In this document: in pieces, positions 36,884 through 46,546 of the stretch
Layout of the letters: the number at the start of each line of letters is the position of its first letter
Position numbering within the stretch: the first letter of the stretch is position 1
Virus record (IMG/VR): IMGVR_UViG_3300045973_000815
Span: 1-57,886 of that record
Source of the DNA: a virus
Lineage: Duplodnaviria; Caudoviricetes
Reading direction: 5' to 3' (one strand)
Length of the DNA stretch: 57,886 bases
Made by a program: the position numbers and the translations under genes
The notes under the pieces: generated by a model
Databases searched by the model: none
The model's input: only the letters and a program-made list of their open reading frames with translations
Told to the model about the DNA's origin: nothing

Positions 36884-37548
36884 GCGAGCGAGCACCATCG
36901 AAGGCTGAACGGGTCGTCATCGAGAACGCGGCGGGACTCAAGCTGACGGTCGACGCGACGCTGACGGAGCAACACACCGGCACGGTCGAGCTCACGAGGT
37001 ACCCGGTCGAGAGCGGCATCTCGCCGACCGACCACGCTCGAGTGGCGCCAGAGAAGGTCCAGGTCGACGGCATCATTTCGAACACGCCCGTGGGTACCAA
37101 CGAGCAGACGGCGCAGGGACTCGAGGCCATCGACCGCACCAAGTTCGCGCTGAAGCAGGACGTCTCTGGCGGCGCTGGTTCGCCTGGTGCTGGCGGCTAC
37201 GCGCTGCGCCAGCTCGCGGTGCTGCTGGCCTTCAAGAACGACCGCGCTGCGCTGGCGGTGAGCGGCCCCCTGCGGAAGTACAAGAGCATGATCCTCACGT
37301 CGCTCAGCTACACGCGCGACGCGAAGGTGGGCGATGCGCTCAAGTTCAGCGCCACCTTCGAAGAGGTGCGCTTCGTCACCAACTCGACGACGCAACTGGC
37401 AGCGGTACCGACGAAGGTACCCACCAAGTCAACTAAGTCACCGCCACCGAACCAAGGCAAGCAGAACGCGACCCCCGCAACACCCGAGCAAACGCGCTCT
37501 GTCGCGAAGGGCATTTTCAACATCGGCAAGGCACTGACGAAGGGCTGA
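36880..37548 (+). CDS. Baseplate/tube-initiator-like protein
   Basis: TRYPVESG..TDH, LKFSATFEEVR. Confidence 0.78.
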   Translation: MSERAPSKAERVVIENAAGLKLTVDATLTEQHTGTVELTRYPVESGISPTDHARVAPEKVQVDGIISNTPVGTNEQTAQGLEAIDRTKFALKQDVSGGAGSPGAGGYALRQLAVLLAFKNDRAALAVSGPLRKYKSMILTSLSYTRDAKVGDALKFSATFEEVRFVTNSTTQLAAVPTKVPTKSTKSPPPNQGKQNATPATPEQTRSVAKGIFNIGKALTKG

Positions 37549-37551
37549 ACA

Positions 37552-37586
37552 CCTGCCCAGCGGCTGAAACTAGGCGCTGCATGTAC
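37552..37586 (+). repeat. 35-bp moron leader, copy 1
   Basis: 31/35 identical to 38523-38557; ends 9 nt before the ATG. Confidence 0.85.
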
Positions 37587-37595
37587 CATTGATAC

Positions 37596-38486
37596 ATGTC
37601 CAACTCTCGTGGCGGTGTTGTCGGTGGAACTCTGCAGGTCATCGGAACCCTCGCTGCCCTCTGCGTGGTGGGCGGTGTCGTCAGCGTCATCGTCGCTGAG
37701 AACCTTCGCCATCAGGAAGAGCGCGCAGAGGCCAAGCGAGTTGCCCAGGCCCCAGTCCAATTACCTCCGCCGCTGAGTGGAGAGGAAGAGCCGGCTGCGC
37801 CACCTGTCGGGCGCGGCGTGCGTCCACGGCCAGGTGCGTCATCACTTCCAGAACTCGCCTCCAACATCATCGAGAAGTACGGGAAGAATGAGCTGGCAGG
37901 CGATGACCTCTGGAAGGGATTCCGGGCGACGATTCTGGGCGAAGTGAAGATGGTCCGCGTGCCAGTCGCTGGCGACCCATACGTCGCGCTCAGTGGTGAC
38001 GGAATGCTCAAAACGCTCAGGTGCGGAATCAGTCCATCTCAGCGGAGCGCATTCACGAACATCGAGGCTGGGCAGATGATCTTGGTCCGCGCGAACGGAA
38101 AGGGCATGTCACTCGGATCTGTCTACTTCGATGAGTGTGAACTTGTAGAGGTCCTGACCCTTGAAAAGCCACACGCGCAGCAGGCGGGAGCCACGACGCT
38201 GAGTTGCATGCGTCCGCTTGCTACCAAGCACGCTGCTGAGAATGGGACCACAGCGAAGCTTGATGAGAAGGAGCGGATGCTTGCTCATATCGACGCGAAG
38301 GCATTTGAAGTGGCGAAGGCTAGAGGTATTCGGATGCTCACTTGCGATGACCCATCCGTGATCTCAATCGCCGAGTGCATTTTCGAAGACTCTGACGAGA
38401 AGAAGCAGGAGTGTAGAACTCCGACGATGCGAGGACTCCGCAAGGAGATGATGGACTTTGCTGCACTCCTGCCAGACCTCAAGTGA
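37596..38486 (+). CDS. Moron: membrane-anchored protein with tRNA_anti-like OB fold
   Basis: N-terminal TM, Pro linker, KYGKNELAGDDLWKG.....GEV motif; lower GC. Confidence 0.75.
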   Translation: MSNSRGGVVGGTLQVIGTLAALCVVGGVVSVIVAENLRHQEERAEAKRVAQAPVQLPPPLSGEEEPAAPPVGRGVRPRPGASSLPELASNIIEKYGKNELAGDDLWKGFRATILGEVKMVRVPVAGDPYVALSGDGMLKTLRCGISPSQRSAFTNIEAGQMILVRANGKGMSLGSVYFDECELVEVLTLEKPHAQQAGATTLSCMRPLATKHAAENGTTAKLDEKERMLAHIDAKAFEVAKARGIRMLTCDDPSVISIAECIFEDSDEKKQECRTPTMRGLRKEMMDFAALLPDLK

Positions 38487-38522
38487 CGGCCCAGACAACG
38501 CGACGGAGTCACGCCCTAAACG

Positions 38523-38557
38523 CCTGTCCAGCGGCTGAAAATTGGCGCTGCGTGTAC
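38523..38557 (+). repeat. 35-bp moron leader, copy 2
   Basis: 31/35 identical to 37552-37586; ends 9 nt before the ATG. Confidence 0.85.
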
Positions 38558-38566
38558 TGTGTCTGA

Positions 38567-39373
38567 ATGCAAAAGAAGCCAGTCGCGTGGGGGAAGTTGG
38601 TGGTGATGGTGATTCTATGGACGCCCATCATCATGGCGTACAGGTCGTGCAGGAACTACCAGCCTCCGGCTCCAGAGCCGGTGAGAGTTGCTCCGTGGAA
38701 GGGCCAGGCAGCGTGGGTTGCGATGCTCGAGAAGGTGCTCGATGCGCCGGCCTCGGTACCTGTCTACGGCAAGGTGAAGGACGGTGACGTCGACCTCATC
38801 ACCTACGACTTCGCGAAGTTGATGCCTCACGGGACAGCCACCATGACACGCACGCGCGGGAAGCCAGCTGCGTGGCGTTGGCAGGTTTCTGGAACAACGG
38901 TCCAGGTTGATGACCTTGTCCAGAAATCAGATCTGGAGCACCTGGTCACGTTTCAGGGAGGAACGGAGTGGTACCGTATCAGGTCGGGTCGATTCGCTGA
39001 CCACATGCTCGCGATTCAGCGTCCGGCAAAGTCAGACCCTATGGTGACGATCGAGCCGATGGCGTACTCCGAGACGGACGTAACGGATGGTATCCGTCCG
39101 TGGCTCTGCTCGAATGGGCGCGTCCCAGGCGTGCAAAAGACGTCGACCTTTGAGGCGACGTGCGAACGGCTCGTGCGTGAGCAGTTGAGGGCCCCGTCCA
39201 CTGCAGAGTTCCAGCAGTTCCGCGATGACCCATCGAGCTACTCAGCGAACTGCGACATGGAGATCAAGTCATGGGTTGAGGCCAAGAACGCATTCGGCGT
39301 TCCGCTGCGCAACCCATTCATCTGTCGATTCAATGCGAAGACCGGCGTCGTGACCGCGCAGTTCCTACGGTGA
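38567..39373 (+). CDS. Moron: membrane-anchored exported protein
   Basis: N-terminal TM; C-terminal C...V...LRAPSTAEF...VEAKNAFG...R..F.C domain; lower GC. Confidence 0.75.
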   Translation: MQKKPVAWGKLVVMVILWTPIIMAYRSCRNYQPPAPEPVRVAPWKGQAAWVAMLEKVLDAPASVPVYGKVKDGDVDLITYDFAKLMPHGTATMTRTRGKPAAWRWQVSGTTVQVDDLVQKSDLEHLVTFQGGTEWYRIRSGRFADHMLAIQRPAKSDPMVTIEPMAYSETDVTDGIRPWLCSNGRVPGVQKTSTFEATCERLVREQLRAPSTAEFQQFRDDPSSYSANCDMEIKSWVEAKNAFGVPLRNPFICRFNAKTGVVTAQFLR

Positions 39374-39424
39374 TCAGTACGGCGGCGCCTGTCCCATGCG
39401 CATCTGCGGCGGTAGGGTGCACGT

Positions 39425-39751
39425 ATGGCAGTCGTGCTCCCCATCACCGTTTCCAGTGCTCACTTCTCCTTCGTCACTGAACTCGACTCCATCGGGTACA
39501 CATTCGAGTTCCGGTGGAACCACCGCGACTCGGGCTGGTACCTGCATCTCGGTGACGCCGAGGGGACGCCGCTGGCGCAGGGCATCCGCGTGGTGCTGGG
39601 GACGGACATGCTGGGCCACTTCCCCGGGCGGCTTGGCTTTCCGCCTGGCGTGCTGACGGCCGTGGACACGTCGGGCCAGTCGCTCGAGGCAGCCTTCGAC
39701 GACTTGGGCAGCCGCGTGAAGCTGTACTACCTCTCGCTGAGTGACCTGTGA
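39425..39751 (+). CDS. Small baseplate protein
   Basis: FRWNHRDSGWYL, DDLGSRVKLYY. Confidence 0.78.
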   Translation: MAVVLPITVSSAHFSFVTELDSIGYTFEFRWNHRDSGWYLHLGDAEGTPLAQGIRVVLGTDMLGHFPGRLGFPPGVLTAVDTSGQSLEAAFDDLGSRVKLYYLSLSDL

Positions 39752-40635
39752 GCGGCGGCCAGCAACTGTACGACAGGCGGGTGCAGCTCATCGTCGGCAA
39801 ACCGACGAAGCAACCCAACGACCCGTTCGTCCAGGCGCTCGTTATCAGCGACCTGCGCGTCACCTTCAAGGTGGAGCGCGACGACAAGCCCGAGCCGAAC
39901 AAGTCTGAGATCGCCGTCTACAACCTCGGGCCTGCATCGCGTGCGGCGCTCGAGGGGAAGGGCACGCCCGTGGTGTTGCTGGCCGGGTACGCCAGCGGCA
40001 TCAGCCAGTGCTTCAGCGGCACCACGCGCATCGTCGAGTCAGAGAAGCAGGGTACGGACTGGGTGACGCGCATCCGCTGCGGTGACGGCGAGCGCGCCTA
40101 CACCACAGTGCGCATCAACGAGTCGATGAAGCCCGGCGCATCGGTGAAGGACTTCACGGGCAAGCTGGTACAGGCCATCGCCAAAGACCCAGGCAACGTC
40201 CTGGACGTGGCCAGCAAGTTCACGCGTACCTACGTCAGCGGCTACGCGGCACACGGCCTTGCTGCCGCCGAGCTGTCGGAGGTGATGGCGGCAGAGGGCT
40301 ACTCGTGGAGCCTGCAGGACGGGCGTTTTGAGGCGCTGAAACCCACCGGCTTCACGAAGGACGCCGGTCCGCTCTTCACTCCCAACACCGGGCTCATCGG
40401 CACCCCGACGCTTGGCACCCCCGACGCGAAGGGCGGGCCGCAGGTGTGGAAGCTGAAGGTGCTGCTCGAGCCCCGCCTGCGCCCTGGCCAACGCTTCGAG
40501 GTCGAGCGCACGGTATCCGTCAACGGGCAGCCCGTGAAGAAGGAGGGCTTTCGCGCGAACAAGGTGACCCACACGGGCGATACGCATGGCGGCGGCGACT
40601 CGTGGTCGACCGAGATTGAGGCGATTCAGGTCTGA
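39748..40635 (+). CDS. Baseplate hub protein
   Basis: PNKSEIAVYNL, LLAGY, CGDG, WSLQDG, TGLIGTP, HTGDTHG. Confidence 0.85.
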   Translation: MSGGQQLYDRRVQLIVGKPTKQPNDPFVQALVISDLRVTFKVERDDKPEPNKSEIAVYNLGPASRAALEGKGTPVVLLAGYASGISQCFSGTTRIVESEKQGTDWVTRIRCGDGERAYTTVRINESMKPGASVKDFTGKLVQAIAKDPGNVLDVASKFTRTYVSGYAAHGLAAAELSEVMAAEGYSWSLQDGRFEALKPTGFTKDAGPLFTPNTGLIGTPTLGTPDAKGGPQVWKLKVLLEPRLRPGQRFEVERTVSVNGQPVKKEGFRANKVTHTGDTHGGGDSWSTEIEAIQV

Positions 40636-40889
40636 CGATTTGTGAGCAACGACTTGCTCACTTTTCGACAAGTGAGGTTGACACACCACACCTTCAACGT
40701 GCCACTACGCGCGTCGGCCTCTCAAGTTCTCCTCTTGGTGGACCAGCCGGACTGACGCGGCGCTTGCCCCGGTCGCTGGTACGGCACCGCCTTCAAGAGC
40801 CCGCTGGCAGTGCCAAGGACGAGGCGAGACGTTGGCGATCTGAAGTCACTCTGGGTCGGATCATAGAGAGATGCGGTAGGGTCGACGGC

Positions 40890-41699
40890 GTGAGCTACTC
40901 CCCCACCCTCGCGGACGTCATCGACACCGCGCTGACGAGGCGCCTGCAGGGCGTCCACACGGCGCTGCCTGCGCGCGTGGAGGCCTACGACGCGGCGACG
41001 CAGACGGTTGACGCGCAGCCGCTGGTGCAAGCGTTTGCACTGGAGGAGGACGGCACCTTCACCTGGTACGCCCTCCCGGTGGTGACGCACGTCCCGGTGA
41101 CATTCACGGGGGGCGGTGGCTTCCGGGGGACGTACCCGGTTGCCCAGGGCGACACGGTGCTGCTGGTGTTCGCCGAGGCCTCCCTGGACGCCTGGCAGCC
41201 CGCTGGTGGCGTGTCGCAGCCTCCGGACCTCCGCAGACACCACCTGGCGGACGCCATCGCCATCGCGGGCCTGCACGACGACGGGAAGCCGTGGACTGGC
41301 GCGTCAACGTCGGCGGCGACGTGGGGGAAGGACGGCGGGCCGCAAGTCGTCGCTCGAGCGGCGGGCATCGAGTTGGGTGGCGACGACGCCAACCCACCGA
41401 CAGAGGCGCTGGTGTTGGGCACCACCTACACCGCCGACGAGAACACGATGCTGGACACCCTACTGGCGCAGCTCGCCACCGCCGCGACGGCTCTCACCGC
41501 AGCCGCAGCAAGCCTCGCGACGGCGACGACGGCCCTCGCGGTACCCACTGTTGGCGGCGCGATGGCGGCGACTCCACTCGGTGTCGTGGTGGCGCAGGTG
41601 ACGACGGCAGCCACCAGCCTGCAGTCCGCCTCGACGGCCATCACCAACTTCCGCGCGACTGACGCAGCGCACCGCAGCCAGAAGGTGAAGACGGCATGA
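40890..41699 (+). CDS. Baseplate spike (Gp138-like)
   Basis: HTALPARVEAYD, VDAQPL, GDTVLLVF, RRHHLADAIAI. Confidence 0.87.
   Translation: MSYSPTLADVIDTALTRRLQGVHTALPARVEAYDAATQTVDAQPLVQAFALEEDGTFTWYALPVVTHVPVTFTGGGGFRGTYPVAQGDTVLLVFAEASLDAWQPAGGVSQPPDLRRHHLADAIAIAGLHDDGKPWTGASTSAATWGKDGGPQVVARAAGIELGGDDANPPTEALVLGTTYTADENTMLDTLLAQLATAATALTAAAASLATATTALAVPTVGGAMAATPLGVVVAQVTTAATSLQSASTAITNFRATDAAHRSQKVKTA
41025..41040. promoter_or_regulatory. 16-bp palindromic site (in spike gene)
   Basis: GTGCAAGCGTTTGCAC. Confidence 0.7.
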
Positions 41700-42202
41700 G
41701 CGGCCAACTCGTCGTGGAGACCTGGGAGAAGGCCCGCGCGGATGCCTACGCGAACCTGCTGCGCCAGGTGCTGACGCATGGCATCGACGGCGCGGAGCAG
41801 GTTGCGCCAGTCGCGGACTCGCTTCCCTCATCAGTGGATGCCGCGCTGCGGGCGACGGCCTACGCGATGTACCGCGCCATCACGACGACGGCGCCATGGG
41901 TGGCTTTCGCGCCTGGAGCATCGTGGGCCATGTACGACACGATCCACACGCAGACGGCGTACCGCGCGCTGCCGTGGGGGGACTGGGAGTTGCGCGGCTT
42001 CATCACAGGAGGCCTCGTTGGGGTCGGCCATAGCCTCGTCACCCTCCCCGCTGCGGCGCGGCCCAGGTGGAACATGAACTTCCCGCTGACGACGGACGCT
42101 GGCCAGGGGCGGCTGGAGATCTACCCAGACGGCACCTGCGTCGTGCTGAGTGGCGGCAACGGCTGGGTGTCACTCGACGGGGTGCGCTGGTCTACGCAGT
42201 GA
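41696..42202 (+). CDS. Putative tail/fibre accessory protein
   Basis: C-terminal LRG...TLPAAARP...WVSLDGV fibre-tip-like motif. Confidence 0.65.
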   Translation: MSGQLVVETWEKARADAYANLLRQVLTHGIDGAEQVAPVADSLPSSVDAALRATAYAMYRAITTTAPWVAFAPGASWAMYDTIHTQTAYRALPWGDWELRGFITGGLVGVGHSLVTLPAAARPRWNMNFPLTTDAGQGRLEIYPDGTCVVLSGGNGWVSLDGVRWSTQ

Positions 42203-42216
42203 CGTAGGGTGACGGC

Positions 42217-43260
42217 ATGGCTCTCCCGGCCCTCTCAAAGCTGTACGTCCCACGCGGTAACGTCCCCCATCCCGACAGCGTTACGTCGGAGGCCAACTTG
42301 GTGCGCGGCTGGGGGTGCATGCTGCGCGCTGGCCTCATCAACGTCATCACCACGGGCACCCAGGTCGGGACGCGCGACGCGAACAGTGTCTGGGCGCACG
42401 TCGCGAGCTGCGACGGCACCACGGCGTCGGCAGTGACCGACCAGTGGGGCGCGACGATGGACCTCGCGAAAGTGAACTTCGCAGCGGTGAACCGGTCGTG
42501 GTGGCTCGGGCAGAACGTGACGCTGGGCTACCAAATTCTCATCGCCACCGCCGTCAGCGCCGCACCGGTGGCATCGTCGAACATGTGGAGCGTCACCCTC
42601 TCGAAAATCTCTGACGGCGGCTTCACCACGGTCGGCATCAGCCCGACGGTCCTGCCTGCGGCGATTTCACTCTTCAACGCGGGGACTACGCTCACGTCAG
42701 TCGGAGCAGGCGTTGCCTACAGCGATGCCGTTCTCGGCACGCACCTCGGCCACTTCATCTTCGCGCCAGATGGGCAGTTCTACTACTTCGTCAGCCGCTC
42801 TGGGTCGGGGCGCTTCCACTGCGGACTGGCGGTCCTGAAGTCCACCGGGCAGGACGCCAGCGACACGCGGAACGTGTTCTGCGCCTACCATTCGGGTGGC
42901 ACGGGGCGCGGGGCCTGGACCTTCGCTGGCCTCAACACGGCCGCGAACTTCATCGCGCGCGACGTGGGCAACTCGACCATTGTCTCTGGTGGCGGCATTC
43001 GCGGCACCACCTACGGCGGGAGCACGCAGCAAGGCGGGGGCGTGGTTGGTGGGAGCGTGTTTGGGGCAAAAGCACCGACCTGGCCTGTCGAGGTGGCGCA
43101 GTACACCCCTGCGTGGCAGCCACGAGGCATCATCCCCGACCTGCTGATTACCGGGCAGGCGACCATCGGCTACAGCGACCCGCTCAACGACAGCACACAG
43201 ACGCGCATCATCGTCGGCGACTTTGCCGTGCCGTGCCCCGGCATGCAGTTCATCTGCTGA
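42217..43260 (+). CDS. Putative virion structural protein
   Basis: G/T/S-rich beta-type composition in the tail module. Confidence 0.65.
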   Translation: MALPALSKLYVPRGNVPHPDSVTSEANLVRGWGCMLRAGLINVITTGTQVGTRDANSVWAHVASCDGTTASAVTDQWGATMDLAKVNFAAVNRSWWLGQNVTLGYQILIATAVSAAPVASSNMWSVTLSKISDGGFTTVGISPTVLPAAISLFNAGTTLTSVGAGVAYSDAVLGTHLGHFIFAPDGQFYYFVSRSGSGRFHCGLAVLKSTGQDASDTRNVFCAYHSGGTGRGAWTFAGLNTAANFIARDVGNSTIVSGGGIRGTTYGGSTQQGGGVVGGSVFGAKAPTWPVEVAQYTPAWQPRGIIPDLLITGQATIGYSDPLNDSTQTRIIVGDFAVPCPGMQFIC

Positions 43261-43269
43261 GAGGGCGAC

Positions 43270-43689
43270 ATGGCGACCGGCGTCCTTGGTGCGACAGAGG
43301 TGATCGACGCAGGCGGCGTGAGCTCGCTGTCGTCGATGGTCCTGATGGACCTGGCTGTTGCTGCGGCAACGCCCGCCGACATCCTGCCTCCAGTCGTCAC
43401 GCTCATCACGCCGGCGACGTCGCTGCAGTTGACCTCATCGACCGCCCTCGTCATCGACGTCACGGACAACTCAGCGCTGCGCCGCAGCATCATCGCAGTG
43501 CGCTTCCAGGCGCTGGGGCTCGAGGAGCTCGCGCACACGGGCGATCGATTCTCGGCGTTGTACTCGGTGTCATCGACGCGGACGGCCATTGCAGGAGGAT
43601 GGCGCTACTCACTCGTGCGCGCGGGCGGGTGGCCAGGTGATGTAGTGGTTGACGTGTACGCCATCGACACCAGCGGACTGGAGGCCTGA
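43270..43689 (+). CDS. Putative Ig-like virion protein
   Basis: DILPPVVT...VTDNS...VYAIDTSG. Confidence 0.6.
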   Translation: MATGVLGATEVIDAGGVSSLSSMVLMDLAVAAATPADILPPVVTLITPATSLQLTSSTALVIDVTDNSALRRSIIAVRFQALGLEELAHTGDRFSALYSVSSTRTAIAGGWRYSLVRAGGWPGDVVVDVYAIDTSGLEA

Positions 43690-44138
43690 TGCCTATCTCA
43701 TTCTCATGGACTGTTGGCATCACCAGCCCCACGCCAGACGTCACCAGCACGACGTCGGTCGACACGGCCATGAGGGACTTCGCGCTCGACGCCAACGGCG
43801 ACATCTGCCTCGACAGCAACGGCGACATCGTCGTGGTGTCTGGCACCGCAGCCATCGTCAGCGAATTGAAGTCACGCCTGCAGACGTTCGCTGGTGAGTG
43901 CTTCCTCGACACGACGCTGGGCGTGCCGTGGCTGGAGAAGATTCTCGGGCACAAGCCGACGGTGGGCGAGTTGGACGCCATCTTCCGTGAAGTCATCCTT
44001 GGTACGCCCGGCATGACGTCGCTGACGAAACTCATCGTCTCGCAGGCCTCGCGCACGCTGACGGTGGCCTTCGGCGCAACCGCCGCGACGGGCGCGACTC
44101 TCGAGCTGGCCCTCGGCATCAACCTGGGAGGCAACTGA
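43689..44138 (+). CDS. Baseplate wedge/sheath initiator (gp25-like)
   Basis: RLQTFAGECFLDTTLGVPW, ILGTPG. Confidence 0.82.
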   Translation: MPISFSWTVGITSPTPDVTSTTSVDTAMRDFALDANGDICLDSNGDIVVVSGTAAIVSELKSRLQTFAGECFLDTTLGVPWLEKILGHKPTVGELDAIFREVILGTPGMTSLTKLIVSQASRTLTVAFGATAATGATLELALGINLGGN

Positions 44139-44139
44139 A

Positions 44140-45480
44140 ATGCCCGCACCGTACGGAGTCACCACCACGGGCTTCAATGCCCAGACGCTGGCGGAGGTGC
44201 GCGACACCGTCGTCGCTGCCCTTCGTCGCACCTTCGGGGCGCAGGCCAACGTCGACAGTCGCAGTCGCCTGGGCCAGTACACCGACATCCTCTCGGAGCA
44301 ACTGTACGACGTCTGGCAACTGGCGCTCGCCGTGGCTGGCGCACTCAACCCCGGCAGCGCAACGGGCGTCGTCCTCGACAACCTGTGCGCGCTGACGGGC
44401 ACGACACGGAAGGTAGCCACCTACTCGACGGTGACGCTGGCCTGCGTCGGCACCGCAGCAACGGTGCTTCCCGTCGGGCGTGTCGCCTCCGTCGCGGGCA
44501 CCAGCGCGCGCTTTCAGACGACGGCCTCTGCGACGCTGGCGGTAGCGGCAGCCTGGGCAGCGACGACGGCCTACTCGGTCGGCGACGTGCGCAGCGCCAG
44601 CGGCGCCCTCTGGTACGCGACGGTGGCTGGCACCTCGGGCAGCACCGCGCCGACTGGCGCAGGCCCAGTGACTGACGGCGGCATGACGTGGACGCGCATT
44701 GGCACGGGCGCAGCCTTCGCGCTGGTGGCTGCGCAGGCGACGGTGACGGGCGCTGTCCAGGGGTACGCGGGCAGCGTCGCCACCATTGAGACGCCGGTGG
44801 CTGGATGGGCCTCGGTGGTGAATGTCCCCGACGCGGCTGCTGGCCGGGCGCTCGAGACTGACTCCGAGCTGCGCGCGCGACGCACGCGCGAGATTGCAGG
44901 CATCGGCACGTCGTCCCTTGATGCACTGCGCGCGGCCATCCTCAAGACGACGGGCGTCACCAGTTGCACCGTCTTCGAGAACACCACCGACGCGACGGTG
45001 GACAGCATCACGCCGCACGCTGTCGAGGCCCTCATCGAGGGCGGACTGGACGCGACGGTGCGCGCGGCCATCTTCGCCTCCATTGCGGCTGGCATCGAGA
45101 CGTGCGGAGGAGTCACGGGCAGCATCAGCGACAGCCAGGGCAACCCCCACACCATCAAGTTCAGCCGCCCTGCCTCCGTCAGCGTCTACGTCGCGGTGTC
45201 GGTGACGAAGGACGCCAGCGCGTACCCCATCGACGGCGACGCCAAGGTGAAGGCGGCCATCGTCGCGGCTGGCAACGCGCGCGGCCTGGGCATCGACACG
45301 GTTGCGGCGCGACTCGAGGCCGACGTCTTTGCGGCTGTGCCTGGCATCCTGGACGTGTCCTGCGCCATTGGCACCTCGCCCACGCCGACGACACGTGTCA
45401 CTGTGCCCATCAGCCTGCGTCAGCGGGCCGCCTTCGACACGAGCCGCATCGGCGTCGTGTCCATCAACGGGGTGCCGTGA
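44140..45480 (+). CDS. Baseplate J/gp47 protein
   Basis: YGVTTTGF, ATGVVLD, ETDSELRAR, VFEN, IKFSRP. Confidence 0.92.
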   Translation: MPAPYGVTTTGFNAQTLAEVRDTVVAALRRTFGAQANVDSRSRLGQYTDILSEQLYDVWQLALAVAGALNPGSATGVVLDNLCALTGTTRKVATYSTVTLACVGTAATVLPVGRVASVAGTSARFQTTASATLAVAAAWAATTAYSVGDVRSASGALWYATVAGTSGSTAPTGAGPVTDGGMTWTRIGTGAAFALVAAQATVTGAVQGYAGSVATIETPVAGWASVVNVPDAAAGRALETDSELRARRTREIAGIGTSSLDALRAAILKTTGVTSCTVFENTTDATVDSITPHAVEALIEGGLDATVRAAIFASIAAGIETCGGVTGSISDSQGNPHTIKFSRPASVSVYVAVSVTKDASAYPIDGDAKVKAAIVAAGNARGLGIDTVAARLEADVFAAVPGILDVSCAIGTSPTPTTRVTVPISLRQRAAFDTSRIGVVSINGVP

Positions 45481-45884
45481 TGAGCCTGACGCCCTCTCCC
45501 TTCTCTCGCCTCGCCAGCGCCACAGTCAGCGGGCTGGTGTCGACCGTCGCCCAGTCGCTGGCAGGGGCGAAGCGTGGCAGCCCAGTTGCGCTGGTGTCGT
45601 CAGGCGCCAGCATGGCCACAGACTTCTCGACGGCCAACAACTTCACGCACACGACGACGGAGAACACCACCCTCGCCAACCCGTCGAACATGGCTGCAGG
45701 GCAGCACGGCGTCATCGTCATCACGCAGGGTGCGACGCCGCGCACCATCGCCTTCGGCACCGCGTGGAAGTTCGCGGGAGGCACGGCCCCTGCGTTGACT
45801 GCAACCGCTGGAGCTGTCGACGTGCTGACCTACTACTGCACCGGCTCAACCGTCATCGCCTCGCTGCTGAAGGACGTGCGCTGA
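45480..45884 (+). CDS. Putative tail fibre domain protein
   Basis: TTLANPSN, QGATPRTIAFGTAWKF, AVDVLTY. Confidence 0.7.
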   Translation: MSLTPSPFSRLASATVSGLVSTVAQSLAGAKRGSPVALVSSGASMATDFSTANNFTHTTTENTTLANPSNMAAGQHGVIVITQGATPRTIAFGTAWKFAGGTAPALTATAGAVDVLTYYCTGSTVIASLLKDVR

Positions 45885-46546
45885 TGCTTGGCGCTCCCCT
45901 CATGCTGGCGGCTGCCCAGCTCTCGTCGCTGCTGACTGGCCTCGCGGCGTACTGGCGGCTGGACGGCAACGCGACCGACCTCGTTGGAGGCACCACGGGG
46001 ACGCTCACGGGGACTGGCGTTTCGTGGGGCACGGGCAAGATTGGGCAGGGGGCTCAAGTCACGCAGCCGGGGGCCATAGATACCGGTGTCTTGCCACCAG
46101 TCGGGGCAGCTGCACGCACACTCTCGTTCTGGTTCAAGGTCGCGGGGACGCAGTCCGCGAACATCATCGGATACGGCACGCCAGCAGGGTTCCAGCAAAT
46201 CGACGTGCTGCTGCTGGGCGCCATCATTGGAGTGCACTGGTACGGCAACAGCGCGACAGAGATTGCCTTCGCCTACGCCACCGGCGTTTGGAACCACTAC
46301 GCGCTGACGTATTCAGGGACGCACCTGCAGGCGTGGCTGAACGGCGTACCCAGCATCGCAAACCCGGTCGCACTCTTCACCGGTCCGGCCGTTTCGTTGC
46401 GATTCGGTGGTGGGTCGTACTTTGGCTACAACGGGGTGTTCACCGGCGCTCTCGACGAAGTGGGCGTCTGGAACCGCGTCCTCACCAGCACCGAAATCGC
46501 AGCACTCTACGGAGCGGGCGCGGGTAACGCGTACCCGTTCGGGTGA
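45884..46546 (+). CDS. LamG/concanavalin-like domain protein
   Basis: GLAAYWRLDGN, TLSFWFK, WNHYALTY, FTGALDEVGVWNRVLT. Confidence 0.88.
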   Translation: MLGAPLMLAAAQLSSLLTGLAAYWRLDGNATDLVGGTTGTLTGTGVSWGTGKIGQGAQVTQPGAIDTGVLPPVGAAARTLSFWFKVAGTQSANIIGYGTPAGFQQIDVLLLGAIIGVHWYGNSATEIAFAYATGVWNHYALTYSGTHLQAWLNGVPSIANPVALFTGPAVSLRFGGGSYFGYNGVFTGALDEVGVWNRVLTSTEIAALYGAGAGNAYPFG

